From Candidatus Zixiibacteriota bacterium (GTDB lineage: Bacteria; RBG-13-66-14; B26-G2; WVWN01), in the NCBI GenBank assembly GCA_050117845.1, contig JASFLY010000003.1, positions 145,095 to 209,094 of the forward strand: DNA of 64,000 nucleotides. Direction: 5' to 3'. A program made the position numbers and the translations under genes. Below are positions 37,688 through 48,291 of the stretch, piece after piece (within the stretch, counting starts at the first letter, position 1; each line of letters opens with the position of its first letter). The notes below the pieces were generated by a model. The model was not told the DNA's origin. It ran no database searches and saw nothing but the letters and a program-made list of their open reading frames with translations.

Positions 37688-37734
37688 ACGAACCTCCAAG
37701 GGCTCGGCGCCCCGCGAAACCCGGGCGGCGTCCC

Positions 37735-38781
37735 TTATATCCCTCCGCCATTATCGGGCGCATCTTCATACGGCTGGTTTTCGCGAGCCGCTTCAAGGGC
37801 GCGTTCCAACCTTTCGATTTCCAGATTGACGGCCGCCGCGGAGGACGGGTCGATACCCTGGTCCTTGTACTCAGCCGTCATCGCGTATACCTCTTCGCGC
37901 AGCGCCGCAACCAATTCCTGTTCGTCCTCGATTCGGCGCTTCAATACGTCTATCTCTCCCGTGGCCGAACGGATGCTACGCCGTGCCTGGAGGCGTTCCG
38001 GGCCGGTGTGCAGCGGCCGGGGACTGAACTCTATCGTAATTGAATAATACGGGTCGAAATCGGGCGACCAGAGCTGTTCGGCCTTCTCTATCGCGGCCCC
38101 CAGCGTGATCCAGGGGAAGATGTGCCGAACGCCCACGTTGACGTCGCGGCCGTCCTCCTCGATCATTATCTCGAAGGTCTTCCAAACACGTCGGTTATAG
38201 CCGGCGAATACGCCGCGCAGCTTCCTGCTTTGGGGCCCCTCGCCGACGAATCGGCCGGTACCCCATCCGACGTGGAAGGTCCCCACGGGGTCGATGGTTT
38301 TACTGAATACGCCGTAGGCCGTAATGTTGTCCTGGAAGTCGAGATCGTACGCCGCAGTGTCCCGCGGATGCCGGTTGCCGGCGTTCGATACGATACCGTC
38401 GCCGATCGTCAGGTGGTCCATGCCGACGGAAAACGCAGGTTGGTATTTAAAGAAGTGCTCTTCGTCAATGGCTTCGACTTTGAAGTGCGCAGCCAGGGCG
38501 ACCTCTTCCCATACCGAATACGCCGCCACGCCTACCTCGGACATGCCGCCGATACCGAAATTGAAATTCAGCGTACCGTAATCCGAGATTTCCTCCTCGG
38601 CCGATACGGCGATAATCAGGTCAATTTCGTATTGCATGTGGTCGAGATACTCGCTGGCCGGTACGTCCACCAGGCTGGTCGACGAATACCCGGCCGCGAC
38701 CGGGGACACGGCCGCTAGAGCGAGCGCCGCGGCGGCGACCAACGTCGCACGCGCGTGAATGGAGACTCGTACCTTACTCAT
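37735..38781 (-). CDS. Secreted putative outer-membrane beta-barrel (YjbH-like) with a C-terminal coiled coil
   Basis: Signal peptide, LVDVPA, alternating beta-strand patterns (YGVFSK, FHVGWGTGRF, VNVGVR), coiled-coil tail. Confidence 0.55.
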   Translation of the reverse strand: MSKVRVSIHARATLVAAAALALAAVSPVAAGYSSTSLVDVPASEYLDHMQYEIDLIIAVSAEEEISDYGTLNFNFGIGGMSEVGVAAYSVWEEVALAAHFKVEAIDEEHFFKYQPAFSVGMDHLTIGDGIVSNAGNRHPRDTAAYDLDFQDNITAYGVFSKTIDPVGTFHVGWGTGRFVGEGPQSRKLRGVFAGYNRRVWKTFEIMIEEDGRDVNVGVRHIFPWITLGAAIEKAEQLWSPDFDPYYSITIEFSPRPLHTGPERLQARRSIRSATGEIDVLKRRIEDEQELVAALREEVYAMTAEYKDQGIDPSSAAAVNLEIERLERALEAARENQPYEDAPDNGGGI

Positions 38782-38799
38782 AACTGTTACCTCCCGGGA

Positions 38800-40014
38800 T
38801 TATTCGGTATACGCCGCTTCGACGTGGGCGGCCGACATACCGACCGGGGCGTCCAACGATTCAACATCCGCAAAGCCGACCGGGGCGGTGGCCCCCCGCC
38901 GGTACCGTTCGTAACACGAACTTACGAAATCCGCGAACCGAGACTTGAACCGGCTCGTGTCATACGTGACGGCGTGGCTCCTTACCATCTCAGGATCGTA
39001 GCGCCGGGCGTCGAAGTTCATAACCGCTTCCCGTAACGCTTTCGCCGTCTGCTCGTCGAAGAATGCGCCGCTTACGCCTTCTTTAACCGTATCCAGGGCG
39101 CCGCCGCCCCGATAAGCGATAATCGGTTTACCGCAGGCCATGGCCTCCACCGGCGCGATACCGAAATCCTCGAGCGCCGGCATAATGAACGCGAGTGCGT
39201 GGCGGTAATACTCCCTAACGGTTTCGTCGTCCGCGTCCAATACGAACTGGACGTTCGGGCCGGCCCTCTTCATTAACTCCTCCCTCGCCGGCCCGTCGCC
39301 GACTATTACAAGCCGACGCGAAAGGCCGCGGAACGCCTCGACCGCCAGATCCACCCGCTTGTACTCCTTGAGACGGCAAACGACCAGGAAGTATGGCTCG
39401 AAGAAAGGCCGGCCAGGCCAGTCGCCGTTGCCGTTGGCCGTGGGCGTGAAGAAGGACGTGTCCACCGGGGGCGGTATGACCTCGGCGTGGCGGCCGTAAT
39501 ATTTCTGGATCCGGCCCTGAACGGCCCGGGAATTGCAGGACAGGAAGTCGACGCGCCGCGTCGCCACGACATCCCACATCCTGAGGTACGACATCGTGAA
39601 ACGGAGCGGACCGCGGTAAAGACGCGGCAGCCGTTTCATGGTCTTGTGGTAATAATCCCAGGCGAAGCGCATCGGCGTATGCAGGTACGAGACGTGGCAC
39701 GTGGGAGGGAATGTCAATACGCCCTTGGCCCAGGCGCTGGAATCGCTGACGACCAGGTCGTATTCCGACAGGTCCATTTGCTCGATGAAGAACGGATACA
39801 GGGCCAGGTATTTTTCGTACCACCGCCGCGCGAACGGCATACGCTGAAGCCACGACGGCCGCACGTCCATATCGTGGTAAAGGTCGCCCAGACGGTCCCG
39901 GTTCTCTATGAGCGTGTAGACCGGCGCTCGAGGAAACAACGCCGTGACGGCTTCCAGGACTTTCTCCGCTCCACCCATTTGATTTAAATAATCGTGAACG
40001 ACTGCTACTTTCAT
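38800..40014 (-). CDS. Glycosyltransferase family 4 (WbaZ-like mannosyltransferase)
   Basis: MKVAVVHDYLNQMGGAEKVL, YLHTPMR, EDFGIAPVEAMACGKP. Confidence 0.92.
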   Translation of the reverse strand: MKVAVVHDYLNQMGGAEKVLEAVTALFPRAPVYTLIENRDRLGDLYHDMDVRPSWLQRMPFARRWYEKYLALYPFFIEQMDLSEYDLVVSDSSAWAKGVLTFPPTCHVSYLHTPMRFAWDYYHKTMKRLPRLYRGPLRFTMSYLRMWDVVATRRVDFLSCNSRAVQGRIQKYYGRHAEVIPPPVDTSFFTPTANGNGDWPGRPFFEPYFLVVCRLKEYKRVDLAVEAFRGLSRRLVIVGDGPAREELMKRAGPNVQFVLDADDETVREYYRHALAFIMPALEDFGIAPVEAMACGKPIIAYRGGGALDTVKEGVSGAFFDEQTAKALREAVMNFDARRYDPEMVRSHAVTYDTSRFKSRFADFVSSCYERYRRGATAPVGFADVESLDAPVGMSAAHVEAAYTE

Positions 40015-40101
40015 ATCCCTACTCCGATCAATCCGCTGCTTATTGCTGCCGGTGTTCCTCTACGGTCCCATCCCCACCGGCGAACCCGGAGCCGGGCCCC
40101 G

Positions 40102-40353
40102 TTACGAGGGGGCCGCGGCCGGCGGCACAAAGACGACGTTGTGCAAGGCCGGCGTCATAACGATAACGCCGTGTGTCTGGAAGAAACCTATCTCCAGCGG
40201 CCTTTTGGCCGGAAGAGCGGCCGCCGCCGTCCCGAGTAAAAAGTAAGACGACCGGGTAGCGGCCCAGATCTCGTGCACGTATCGGGAGGCGTAATATTCA
40301 TTTCCGAATCCTTTTTCGGAAATCGCCAAATCGGTCTTTCGGTCTGTCGCCAT
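40102..40353 (-). CDS. Small hypothetical protein
   Basis: ATG 40353 with purine-rich upstream sequence, co-oriented with both neighbours; no recognisable motif. Confidence 0.4.
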   Translation of the reverse strand: MATDRKTDLAISEKGFGNEYYASRYVHEIWAATRSSYFLLGTAAAALPAKRPLEIGFFQTHGVIVMTPALHNVVFVPPAAAPS

Positions 40354-40460
40354 AAAAAGTCCCCGCTTTCTCCTTGCCCGCTTTTTTACCACGGCCCATT
40401 GTCAAAAAACGTCAGTCTACATTCTGATTTTTACCCTCTTTTTCTCTTTCGTATGCTTTT

Positions 40461-41852
40461 TTAACGCCCGGCGGCCGGGCTCTCGACCGCCTCCTCCAAC
40501 GCACCGTACCTTTTCAATTTCGCCCACAACGTAGTCCGGCTAATCTGTAACATCTTCGCCGCGCGCGAACGGTTGCCCTTCGCGATGGCCATAACGTCCA
40601 GGATATGCCGGCGTTCCAGCTCGTCCAACGATAGGCCGGCGTACGCGGCCGGGGCCGCGCCCGTCGTTTCCCCACTGCCGTTGGAGCGCGGCGGCCCGAT
40701 CGTTATGGCGGATGGAAGGAGGACGTCCCCCTCCGTCAGGATAACCGCCCGCTCAATAACTCCCCGTAGCTCCCGGACGTTTCCGGGCCACCGGTAGCCC
40801 AGGAGAATCTCCTCCGCCTCCGGCGAAATCTCCGATACGCTTTTCTTAAATTCCGCGTTGAATATCTCGACGAAATACGTCGCGAGTGGGAGGATGTCCT
40901 CCGGCCGCTCCCTTAGCGGCGGTACGTAAACCGTGAAGACGTTGAGCCGGTAGTAGAGGTCCTCCCGGAACAACGCCTCGTCCACCATCGAGCGCAGGTC
41001 GCGGTTGGTCGCCGCGAGTATGCGTACATCCACCGTTATATCGTCGAGGCCGCCGACGCGCCGTATCGTCTTCTCTTCCACGGCCCGCAACAGCTTGGGC
41101 TGGAGCGACAACTGCATATCCCCGATTTCGTCCAGGAATAACGTTCCCCCGTCGGCGTATTCGAACAACCCCCGTTTTTCTTTGCGGGCGTCGGTAAAGG
41201 CTCCCTTGGTGTGGCCGAAGAGTTCGGATTCCAGGAGGTTCTCGGAGAGCGCGCTACAATTCACGGCGACGAACTGGCGCCGGGCGCGGGCGCTCCGCCG
41301 GTGGATTTCCCGGGCGATGACCTCTTTACCTGTGCCGGTTTCGCCGACTATCAGCACTTGCGTCTGGGGAGTGGCGCTCAAACGGTCGACTAGCGCGAGG
41401 GTCCGGCGCATTCCCGGGCTCTCGGAGACGATGTACTTGAACCTCTCGGATTGCCCGTTTTGCAACAGCGACAGCTCGCGCCGCATGAAATACGCGTGCA
41501 AAGCGTTTTCCACGAGGCGCAACATGTCGTCCGGCTCGAACGGCTTTTTAACGTAATCGTACGCCCCGTACTTAATGGCCTCCACCGCCGGCCGGATGTC
41601 GCCGAAGGCCGTCATCATTATCACGACGGTCGTCGGTTCGCGGAGTTTTATCTCCCGCAAAACCGCCAGGCCGTCCATCCCCGGGAGTTTCAGGTCGAGC
41701 AGTACGGCGTCCACGGCGCGCTCTTCGCAGATTCGAACGCCGGTCTCCCCGTCCTCCGCCTCCAATACGTCGTACCCGGCCTTCGTCATAAACTTGGCCA
41801 ACGACCGCCGAAGAACCGCTTCGTCCTCCACTATTAATACGCTAGCCTTCAT
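40461..41852 (-). CDS. Sigma-54-dependent response regulator (NtrC/AtoC family)
   Basis: Receiver, GETGTGKE, ESELFGH.KGAFTDA, LFLDEIG, FREDLYYRL, WPGNVREL, Fis-type HTH. Confidence 0.97.
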   Translation of the reverse strand: MKASVLIVEDEAVLRRSLAKFMTKAGYDVLEAEDGETGVRICEERAVDAVLLDLKLPGMDGLAVLREIKLREPTTVVIMMTAFGDIRPAVEAIKYGAYDYVKKPFEPDDMLRLVENALHAYFMRRELSLLQNGQSERFKYIVSESPGMRRTLALVDRLSATPQTQVLIVGETGTGKEVIAREIHRRSARARRQFVAVNCSALSENLLESELFGHTKGAFTDARKEKRGLFEYADGGTLFLDEIGDMQLSLQPKLLRAVEEKTIRRVGGLDDITVDVRILAATNRDLRSMVDEALFREDLYYRLNVFTVYVPPLRERPEDILPLATYFVEIFNAEFKKSVSEISPEAEEILLGYRWPGNVRELRGVIERAVILTEGDVLLPSAITIGPPRSNGSGETTGAAPAAYAGLSLDELERRHILDVMAIAKGNRSRAAKMLQISRTTLWAKLKRYGALEEAVESPAAGR

Positions 41853-43323
41853 GGCGTACTCCCGTGACCGGCAACGTTACGGTCACTTCCGCGCCCAGTT
41901 CCCGGCCGGCGAGTCCGAGGTCGCCGCCGTGGGCTTTCACTATTTTCACGCACAACGGAAGGCCCAGGCCCACGCCGTCGGCCTTCGTCGTAAAAAACGG
42001 CTCCAGCGCCCGGCGAGCCTCCTCGGGAGTTATCCCGGGGCCGGTATCCGCGAAGGTGAGTACCACGTTCGCCTCGGCGGCGTCCGCGCGCATACGGATA
42101 GTCAGGTTCCCGCCCTCGGGCATTATCTGCCGGGCGTTGACCACCACGTTCTCGAAAACGGATTTCATTAGGCCGCGGTCCAGCTGGAGCGCCGGCAAAC
42201 CCTCCGCCAGATCGAACTCGACGGCCACGCCGGCGGCGACTAGCCGGGGCCCTTCCTCCTCGACCACCTCTCGCAAAAGAGCGGCAACGTCCACCGTTTC
42301 GCGCTCCGGCGACAGCGGCTTCGCGAAATCGAAGAACCTCTTGAGCAAAGCTTCTATCTTACGAACGCCCTCGACGATCCATTCCACGCTGTCGGTTTCG
42401 AGGCCGGCGGCCGCTAGTTCCTGCCTCGCCACCGCGGCCGACGTCGCGATCGCCGCCAGGGGATTACGCACCTCGTGCGCTATCCCGGATGTCATCTCGC
42501 CGATGGCCGCGAGGCGGTCCAGCCGTGCCAGTTCCTCCTCCATCCGCTTCTTTTCGGTGACGTCGCGGATGACGGCGGTGAACCCGCGGCTTCCGCCGCC
42601 GGCCGCCGCGGACAAGGAGATCTCGGCCGGGAATTCCCTGCCGCCGTGCCGAAGCAAAGGCACGGTTATAACGCCGCCGAGGCCGTTGCTCCGTCGCGCC
42701 AACTTCCGGTCGACCTGTCGCGCCACAACCGAACGCGCCGGCACGGGCACCAGCGTCTCAAACGGCCGCCCCTCGATATCTTCGGCCTCGTAGCCGAACA
42801 TCCTCCGGGCCCCGGCGCTGAAGAACATTATCGAGCTTTTACCGTCGACGCTCACGACCGCTTCCTCCGCCGTTTCGACCAGCGTGCGATACCGCTCCTC
42901 GGACGCCCGAAGCTCCTCCGCGAGTTTCACCCGTTCCCGGGCCAACGTAACGCGGTCCAGAACAGCGGTGACGGTCGTGGGGAGTTTCTGTACGTGTTTC
43001 ACCGATTTGACGACGTAGTCGGCCGCGCCCCTTTTAATCGCCGCGGCCGCTATCTCCTCGCTGCCCGTACCGGTCAACAGAACGACCGGCGTATCGGGGG
43101 ATAAATCCTGCACGACGTCCAGGACCTCGAGGCCGGTCAAGCCAAGGATGTTGTAGTCGGATATTACGAGGTCGAACGTGTCGCAAGAAAGCCTCTCTTC
43201 CAGATCGGCTCGGGACGCGGCCTCCACGACGTCGTACGTTTCATCCGCCCGGGACAAAGCCCGTTTCACGAGCGCCCGGTCGGCCTCGCTGTCGTCGATG
43301 ATTAAAGCCTTAATCGCCGGCAC
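41842..43323 (-). CDS. Hybrid receiver-PAS-histidine kinase (NtrB-like)
   Basis: N-terminal receiver, PAS, AHEVRNPL, DTGPGI, PFFTTK..GVGLGL. Confidence 0.95.
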   Translation of the reverse strand: MPAIKALIIDDSEADRALVKRALSRADETYDVVEAASRADLEERLSCDTFDLVISDYNILGLTGLEVLDVVQDLSPDTPVVLLTGTGSEEIAAAAIKRGAADYVVKSVKHVQKLPTTVTAVLDRVTLARERVKLAEELRASEERYRTLVETAEEAVVSVDGKSSIMFFSAGARRMFGYEAEDIEGRPFETLVPVPARSVVARQVDRKLARRSNGLGGVITVPLLRHGGREFPAEISLSAAAGGGSRGFTAVIRDVTEKKRMEEELARLDRLAAIGEMTSGIAHEVRNPLAAIATSAAVARQELAAAGLETDSVEWIVEGVRKIEALLKRFFDFAKPLSPERETVDVAALLREVVEEEGPRLVAAGVAVEFDLAEGLPALQLDRGLMKSVFENVVVNARQIMPEGGNLTIRMRADAAEANVVLTFADTGPGITPEEARRALEPFFTTKADGVGLGLPLCVKIVKAHGGDLGLAGRELGAEVTVTLPVTGVRHEG

Positions 43324-43780
43324 GCACTCGCACCTCGATTCCCGGCGGCGACGTATTCAACGCCAGCCAATACTCCTCGATCCGGGCGACGACGCCCCGG
43401 AACTGGTCGAACGCGACCGGCTTCACGAGATAGCTGTTCGCGCCCAACTCGTAACTGCGATCGATGTCCTTTTGTTCGCTGGACGACGTCAATATGACCA
43501 CCGGAATCGGCTTCGTACGGGATGCTCTCTTGACGGTCTCGAGGACCTCGAAGCCGTCCACCCTGGGCATCTTCAAATCGAGGATAACGAGACGGGGAAG
43601 GGGGTACCTCCGGCGGTCGTCGTACGGCGGCCTACCCAAAAGATAATCCAACGCTTCACCGCCGTCCCTGGCCACCTCGACCCGCTTGGGTAGCTGCGTC
43701 TCCCGGAACGCCCTGCGAATTAGAGCCACGTCGTCGTCGTTGTCCTCCACTACCAGTATTACCGCCTCACCCTGATTCAT
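43310..43780 (-). CDS. Single-domain response regulator (Rcp1-like)
   Basis: VEDNDDD, ILDLKMP, ILTSS, GANSYLVKP. Confidence 0.95.
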   Translation of the reverse strand: MNQGEAVILVVEDNDDDVALIRRAFRETQLPKRVEVARDGGEALDYLLGRPPYDDRRRYPLPRLVILDLKMPRVDGFEVLETVKRASRTKPIPVVILTSSSEQKDIDRSYELGANSYLVKPVAFDQFRGVVARIEEYWLALNTSPPGIEVRVRAGD

Positions 43781-43862
43781 CGCACCAACCTCGCGTGTAC
43801 GCCGACGCCGCGGCGTTCGGCCTTACCGGTATACCCGTACCTCATGGGGCGGGGTTCCAAAT

Positions 43863-44306
43863 TCAGTACGCCTCTCGTTCCCTGGAAGCCGTCCAGAAAT
43901 TCTCGATTTCGCCCGCGATATCGGCGAAACTGCGGCCGGCGTGCGGTTTCACGAAATACACCGTAGCGCCCAAATCGAACGTGCGGTCGACGCTCGCGGC
44001 CTCTCCCACGCCGGTAAGAATGACGACCGGGACTTCCAACAAATCCTCCTGTGACCGGATTACCTTCAACACCTCGTACCCGTCGACGCCCGGCATCCGC
44101 AGGTCCAGGATGACGAGTTCGGGCAAAGGATGGTGGTCACGGTCGTCGTAGGGCGACGCGCCCGCGACGTACGCCACGGCCTCGGCGCCCGTCCGTATTA
44201 CCTCCAACCGACCCGGGAGCGAAGTCTTTTTAAGCGCCCGCGTTATCAACATCACGTCGTCCTCGTTGTCCTCTACCAAAAGGACCAGGGGGCCGTTCTT
44301 CGCCAC
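43863..44306 (-). CDS. Single-domain response regulator (Rcp1-like)
   Basis: VEDNEDD, ILDLRMP, YFVKP. Confidence 0.92.
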   Translation of the reverse strand: MAKNGPLVLLVEDNEDDVMLITRALKKTSLPGRLEVIRTGAEAVAYVAGASPYDDRDHHPLPELVILDLRMPGVDGYEVLKVIRSQEDLLEVPVVILTGVGEAASVDRTFDLGATVYFVKPHAGRSFADIAGEIENFWTASREREAY

Positions 44307-44308
44307 AG

Positions 44309-47300
44309 CTAACCTCCGCCGCCGTCGCCGTCGTCCCGGCGGGCCGGCAACTTAAAGTAGAACGTAGTCCCGTGACCGGGTTCGGACTCGTACCATATTC
44401 GGCCGCCGTGGGCCTCCACGACTTTCTTGGCGCTTGCCAGGCCGATACCCGTGCCGGGGTACTCGTCCTCCGTATGAAGTCTTTGGAAAATATCGAAAAC
44501 CTTTTGTTGATACTTCGTGTCGAGGCCGATGCCGTTATCCCTCACGGCCACGACGCAATCGCCGTTTCTCGTGTGAGAACTGATATTCACCTCGGGCGCC
44601 ACCCCCGCCCGATGGTATTTGACCGCGTTCCCGACGAGGTTTTGCAGCAACACGAGCAACATCGAACGATCGCCGGGCACTTCCGGTAACTCGCCCGATA
44701 CGTCCAACCGGCCGCGGGCCGCATCGATACTCTCCCCCAACTCTTCTCGGATTACGGCAACGAGTTCGTTCAAATCAACCAACTCGTATTCGACGCCGCG
44801 CCGGCCGAGGCGGGAGTAAGTGAGCAGGTCGTTTATCAATCGGTCCATGCGGACGGCCCCGTTGACGATGCGGTTGAGGAAATCGCGGCCGTCCTCGTCC
44901 AGGCGTTCCCGGTAATCGTCCATCAGCGCCCGGGAAAAACCCTCTATCGACCGGAGGGGCGCCCGGAGGTCGTGCGACACAGAATAGGCGAACGACTCCA
45001 GTTCGCGGTTCTTGTTCTCCAGAGCCGCCGTCCGCTCCTTGACCATCTGATTGAGTGCCCGGTTGTGGGCGATTATCTCTTCCTCGAGCGCCTTGCTCTC
45101 GGAGATGTCGGCGCCGACGCAGCAGTACACCAGCTCCCCATCGAGCCAGGGGACCGCCCGGATGTTAACGCGCAGCCACTTCCCCAACCTTTCGTTGAAC
45201 GCTTCGCGTTTGTAGGTAACGTCGTCGCCGGGCGATGGAGCTTTATCGATGTGGCATTCGTGGCACGGGCCTTCGAGACCCCAGACCGCCCGATAACACG
45301 ATTGGCCGACCGCCTCGCCGCGCAACACGCGTTGCGCAGAGTGGTTCACGAATAGTATTTCGTACGTCGCCGGGTGTACGACGTACACGAGTTCACTCAT
45401 ATTATTTAGGACGTTCTCCAGCACCCACCGTTGTTCCCGCATCACCTTCTCGTTCTCGTGGCGTTCGGTCAAATCGCGCACGAGGACGAGTTCGGCGGGA
45501 AGAGCCTCGTAATGAAGCGACGAGATATTTACCTCCACTGGGATTTCCCGGCCGGCTTTAGTCACGCCTACGGTCTCGTACGACGACGGGACCTCCTGTT
45601 TCGTCTTACGCTTCGCGTAGTTTTCCAATATCCTCTTACGTTCCCGGGGTGCGACCAACTCGACGAATGGACGTCCGTAAAGTTCCTCGGCGCCGTAGCC
45701 GAGCGTGTCGTACAGCTTCTTGTTGTAGAACTTCAAGACGCCGTCCTGGATAATAGCGAGGCCGTCCTGAATCTGTTCCACGACGTCGCGGTATTTCTCC
45801 TCCGACTCCCGCAGGCGTTTCACCGTTTCGGTAAGTTCGACCGTGCGCTCTCCCACGCGCTTTTCCAGTTCGTCACGCGCCCGCCGGAGTTCCTCCTCCG
45901 CCTCCTTCCGGGCAGTAATGTCCCGCAGGATCGACAACGCGTGCCAATCCCCTTTGATCTTTACCGCCGATACCGAGAGCTCCACCGGGAACTCCTCGCC
46001 CCCCCGCCGGATCGCCTCCATTTGAAGGGTGCGCCCCAGGACCGGCCCCCACCCGGCCTCGCTGAATCCTTTCAATCCCTCCATATACCGCTCGCGGTAT
46101 TTCGCCGGGGCTATCGTCTCGTGCAGCAACTGGCCGTATACTTCACCGGCCTCGTAACCGAAAATCAATTCGGCGGCGCGGTTCCAGTACGAGATGCGGC
46201 CGTCGCGGTCCATCATAATGATGGCGTCCTGCGCGGTATCGGAAATCTTACGGAATTTCTCTTCGCTATCGCGCAGAGCGGCCTCGGCGCGTTTCCGTTC
46301 CGTTATGTCCTCGCCCGAACTCAAAGTCCCGACTATCTCTCCGGCCTCGCCGAAGAGGCACGAATTATGCCAGGCGACGACTCTTTCCTCTCCGGCGGTG
46401 GTAAGGACCCGGGCTTCGACGTACGTGTGATCCGTCACGTTCCCACTTACGATTTTTTCGAAAATACCCCGGACTTCCCCCACCGTTTCCTCCGGAAGAA
46501 ACTCCGCGAACCAATCCTTGCCGACCGAGTCCTCTTCCGACACCCCCAAAACGTCACAGCCCTTTTTATTTATCAGGGCGATCCTACCTTCGGGATCCAG
46601 CGCCAGCATGATCACGCCGGCCACGTCGAGGTACGATTGAGCCCGGTCCCGTTCCCGGCGTAGCGCCTCCGCGGCTTCCTTCCGCGCCGTGATATCGCGC
46701 GCTATACCTTGTATAGCGTACGGCTCTCCGTCCCGGTAAATAACGGACGCCTTGGTCTCGACGTCGACGTAGGTCCCGTCCTTCCGACGAAGGTGATATT
46801 CGGTCAACTCCTTTTGGGTTCCGGTTTCCCGTATCTCCTGCGCGACGGCCGACGCGACCTCGACCTGCCCTTCGGGCAAGAGCGCCGGAAAACCGATTCG
46901 CTGTATCTCGTCCCTGGAGTAACCGAGCAGGTTCAACGACGCGGCGTTGGCGTCGAGGAAATTGCCGTCGAAGTCGTGGACGTAAACGCAATCCCGCGAG
47001 CGGTCGAAGAGGGCGAGATAGCGCTCCTCGCTCTCATGAAGAGCTTCCGCCGCTTTCTTGCGTTCGGTAATATCGAGGACGGCGCCGTCCAGGAATTCCG
47101 AACGGCCTTCGTCGTCGGGCACGACGCGCGCGGACACCGACGCCCAAAAACCTTCTCCGTCCCGCCGTTTGAGAAGGACCTCGTAGTTATCGACCGCCCC
47201 CCGCCTCTCCACGGCTTCGGAGAAAACGGCCCGGTCGCCCGGGTCGACGTAAAAATCTTCCGCCGGGACGCCGCGCAGTTCCTCGGCCGTGTCGTAGCCG

Positions 47301-47842
47301 AAGATCCTTATAAAAGCCGGATTGGCGGATATTATCCGGCCCCGTTCGGAAAACTCCCTGCGGTACAGGCCTATCGGGATATTCTCCGTCAGCGTCCGGT
47401 AACGTTCTTCGCTGGCGCGGAGCTCCTCCTCCGCCCGACTTTTCTCTTCCGAGAGGCGAGCCTGCATTATCGAACGTTCGATAACGAGCGGCAATAACTC
47501 GAGGTAGCCGCCCTCCGCGTCCTTTACGACGTAATCCGCGGCGCCGTGTTTCATGGCCCGGGCCGCGACGCGTTCGTCCCCCGCCCCCGTCACCATAATT
47601 ATCGGCCGCGGGTCCCCGGCGTCCGATAGCATCCGTATGACGTCCAGGCCGTTGTGCACGGGCATATTATGGTCGACCAGCAGAACGTCGTACGCACCCG
47701 CCCCCGCCATCTCGAGGCCCAAACCGCCGTCCGGCGCTACGTCAACGTCGTAGCCCTTCCGGCTCAGCTTCTTCTGAAGGAGGCGGGCCAGGCCTGAGTC
47801 GTCCTCCATGTAGAGAACGCGAACGGATCTACGGGCAGCCAC
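44309..47842 (-). CDS. Hybrid receiver-multi-PAS histidine kinase
   Basis: Receiver, ~6 PAS domains, FAYSVSHDLRAPL, NAVKY, DNGIG, FQRLH..GTGIGL. Confidence 0.95.
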   Translation of the reverse strand: MAARRSVRVLYMEDDSGLARLLQKKLSRKGYDVDVAPDGGLGLEMAGAGAYDVLLVDHNMPVHNGLDVIRMLSDAGDPRPIIMVTGAGDERVAARAMKHGAADYVVKDAEGGYLELLPLVIERSIMQARLSEEKSRAEEELRASEERYRTLTENIPIGLYRREFSERGRIISANPAFIRIFGYDTAEELRGVPAEDFYVDPGDRAVFSEAVERRGAVDNYEVLLKRRDGEGFWASVSARVVPDDEGRSEFLDGAVLDITERKKAAEALHESEERYLALFDRSRDCVYVHDFDGNFLDANAASLNLLGYSRDEIQRIGFPALLPEGQVEVASAVAQEIRETGTQKELTEYHLRRKDGTYVDVETKASVIYRDGEPYAIQGIARDITARKEAAEALRRERDRAQSYLDVAGVIMLALDPEGRIALINKKGCDVLGVSEEDSVGKDWFAEFLPEETVGEVRGIFEKIVSGNVTDHTYVEARVLTTAGEERVVAWHNSCLFGEAGEIVGTLSSGEDITERKRAEAALRDSEEKFRKISDTAQDAIIMMDRDGRISYWNRAAELIFGYEAGEVYGQLLHETIAPAKYRERYMEGLKGFSEAGWGPVLGRTLQMEAIRRGGEEFPVELSVSAVKIKGDWHALSILRDITARKEAEEELRRARDELEKRVGERTVELTETVKRLRESEEKYRDVVEQIQDGLAIIQDGVLKFYNKKLYDTLGYGAEELYGRPFVELVAPRERKRILENYAKRKTKQEVPSSYETVGVTKAGREIPVEVNISSLHYEALPAELVLVRDLTERHENEKVMREQRWVLENVLNNMSELVYVVHPATYEILFVNHSAQRVLRGEAVGQSCYRAVWGLEGPCHECHIDKAPSPGDDVTYKREAFNERLGKWLRVNIRAVPWLDGELVYCCVGADISESKALEEEIIAHNRALNQMVKERTAALENKNRELESFAYSVSHDLRAPLRSIEGFSRALMDDYRERLDEDGRDFLNRIVNGAVRMDRLINDLLTYSRLGRRGVEYELVDLNELVAVIREELGESIDAARGRLDVSGELPEVPGDRSMLLVLLQNLVGNAVKYHRAGVAPEVNISSHTRNGDCVVAVRDNGIGLDTKYQQKVFDIFQRLHTEDEYPGTGIGLASAKKVVEAHGGRIWYESEPGHGTTFYFKLPARRDDGDGGGG

Positions 47843-47847
47843 GCGCC

Positions 47848-48291
47848 TTACGCCTCCTCCGGAACCGTTACCACCGCAAGGAATAAGCCCAAGTTCCGGA
47901 CCGCTTCCGAGAATCGGTCGTAATCGACGGGCTTCGTAACGTAAACGTTACACCCCAGGTCGTAGCACCTTTCTACTTCGCGGGGGTCATCCGTCGTCGT
48001 TAACACCACGACCGGGATACGACGGGTTCGTTCGTCGGCCTTCATCCGATCGAGTACCTGATACCCGTCGACCCCCGGCATCTTCAAATCGAGAAGCACG
48101 AGGATAGGCCGCGAGCCGTTGCTGACCCACCCGGCCTCCTCGTCGAAAAGGAAATCCAAGGCCTGCTCGCCGTCGTTCAGGGTTATTATCTCGTTGGAGA
48201 TATTGGACCGCCGCAGGTTTTTCTCGATAAGCCGGGCGTGTCCGGGGTCGTCCTCGACCAAAAGGATCGTAACCTCGTGGTTATTCGGCAT
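47848..48291 (-). CDS. Single-domain response regulator
   Basis: Start MPNNHE; VEDD, LLDLKMP, LTTT, YVTKP. Confidence 0.93.
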   Translation of the reverse strand: MPNNHEVTILLVEDDPGHARLIEKNLRRSNISNEIITLNDGEQALDFLFDEEAGWVSNGSRPILVLLDLKMPGVDGYQVLDRMKADERTRRIPVVVLTTTDDPREVERCYDLGCNVYVTKPVDYDRFSEAVRNLGLFLAVVTVPEEA

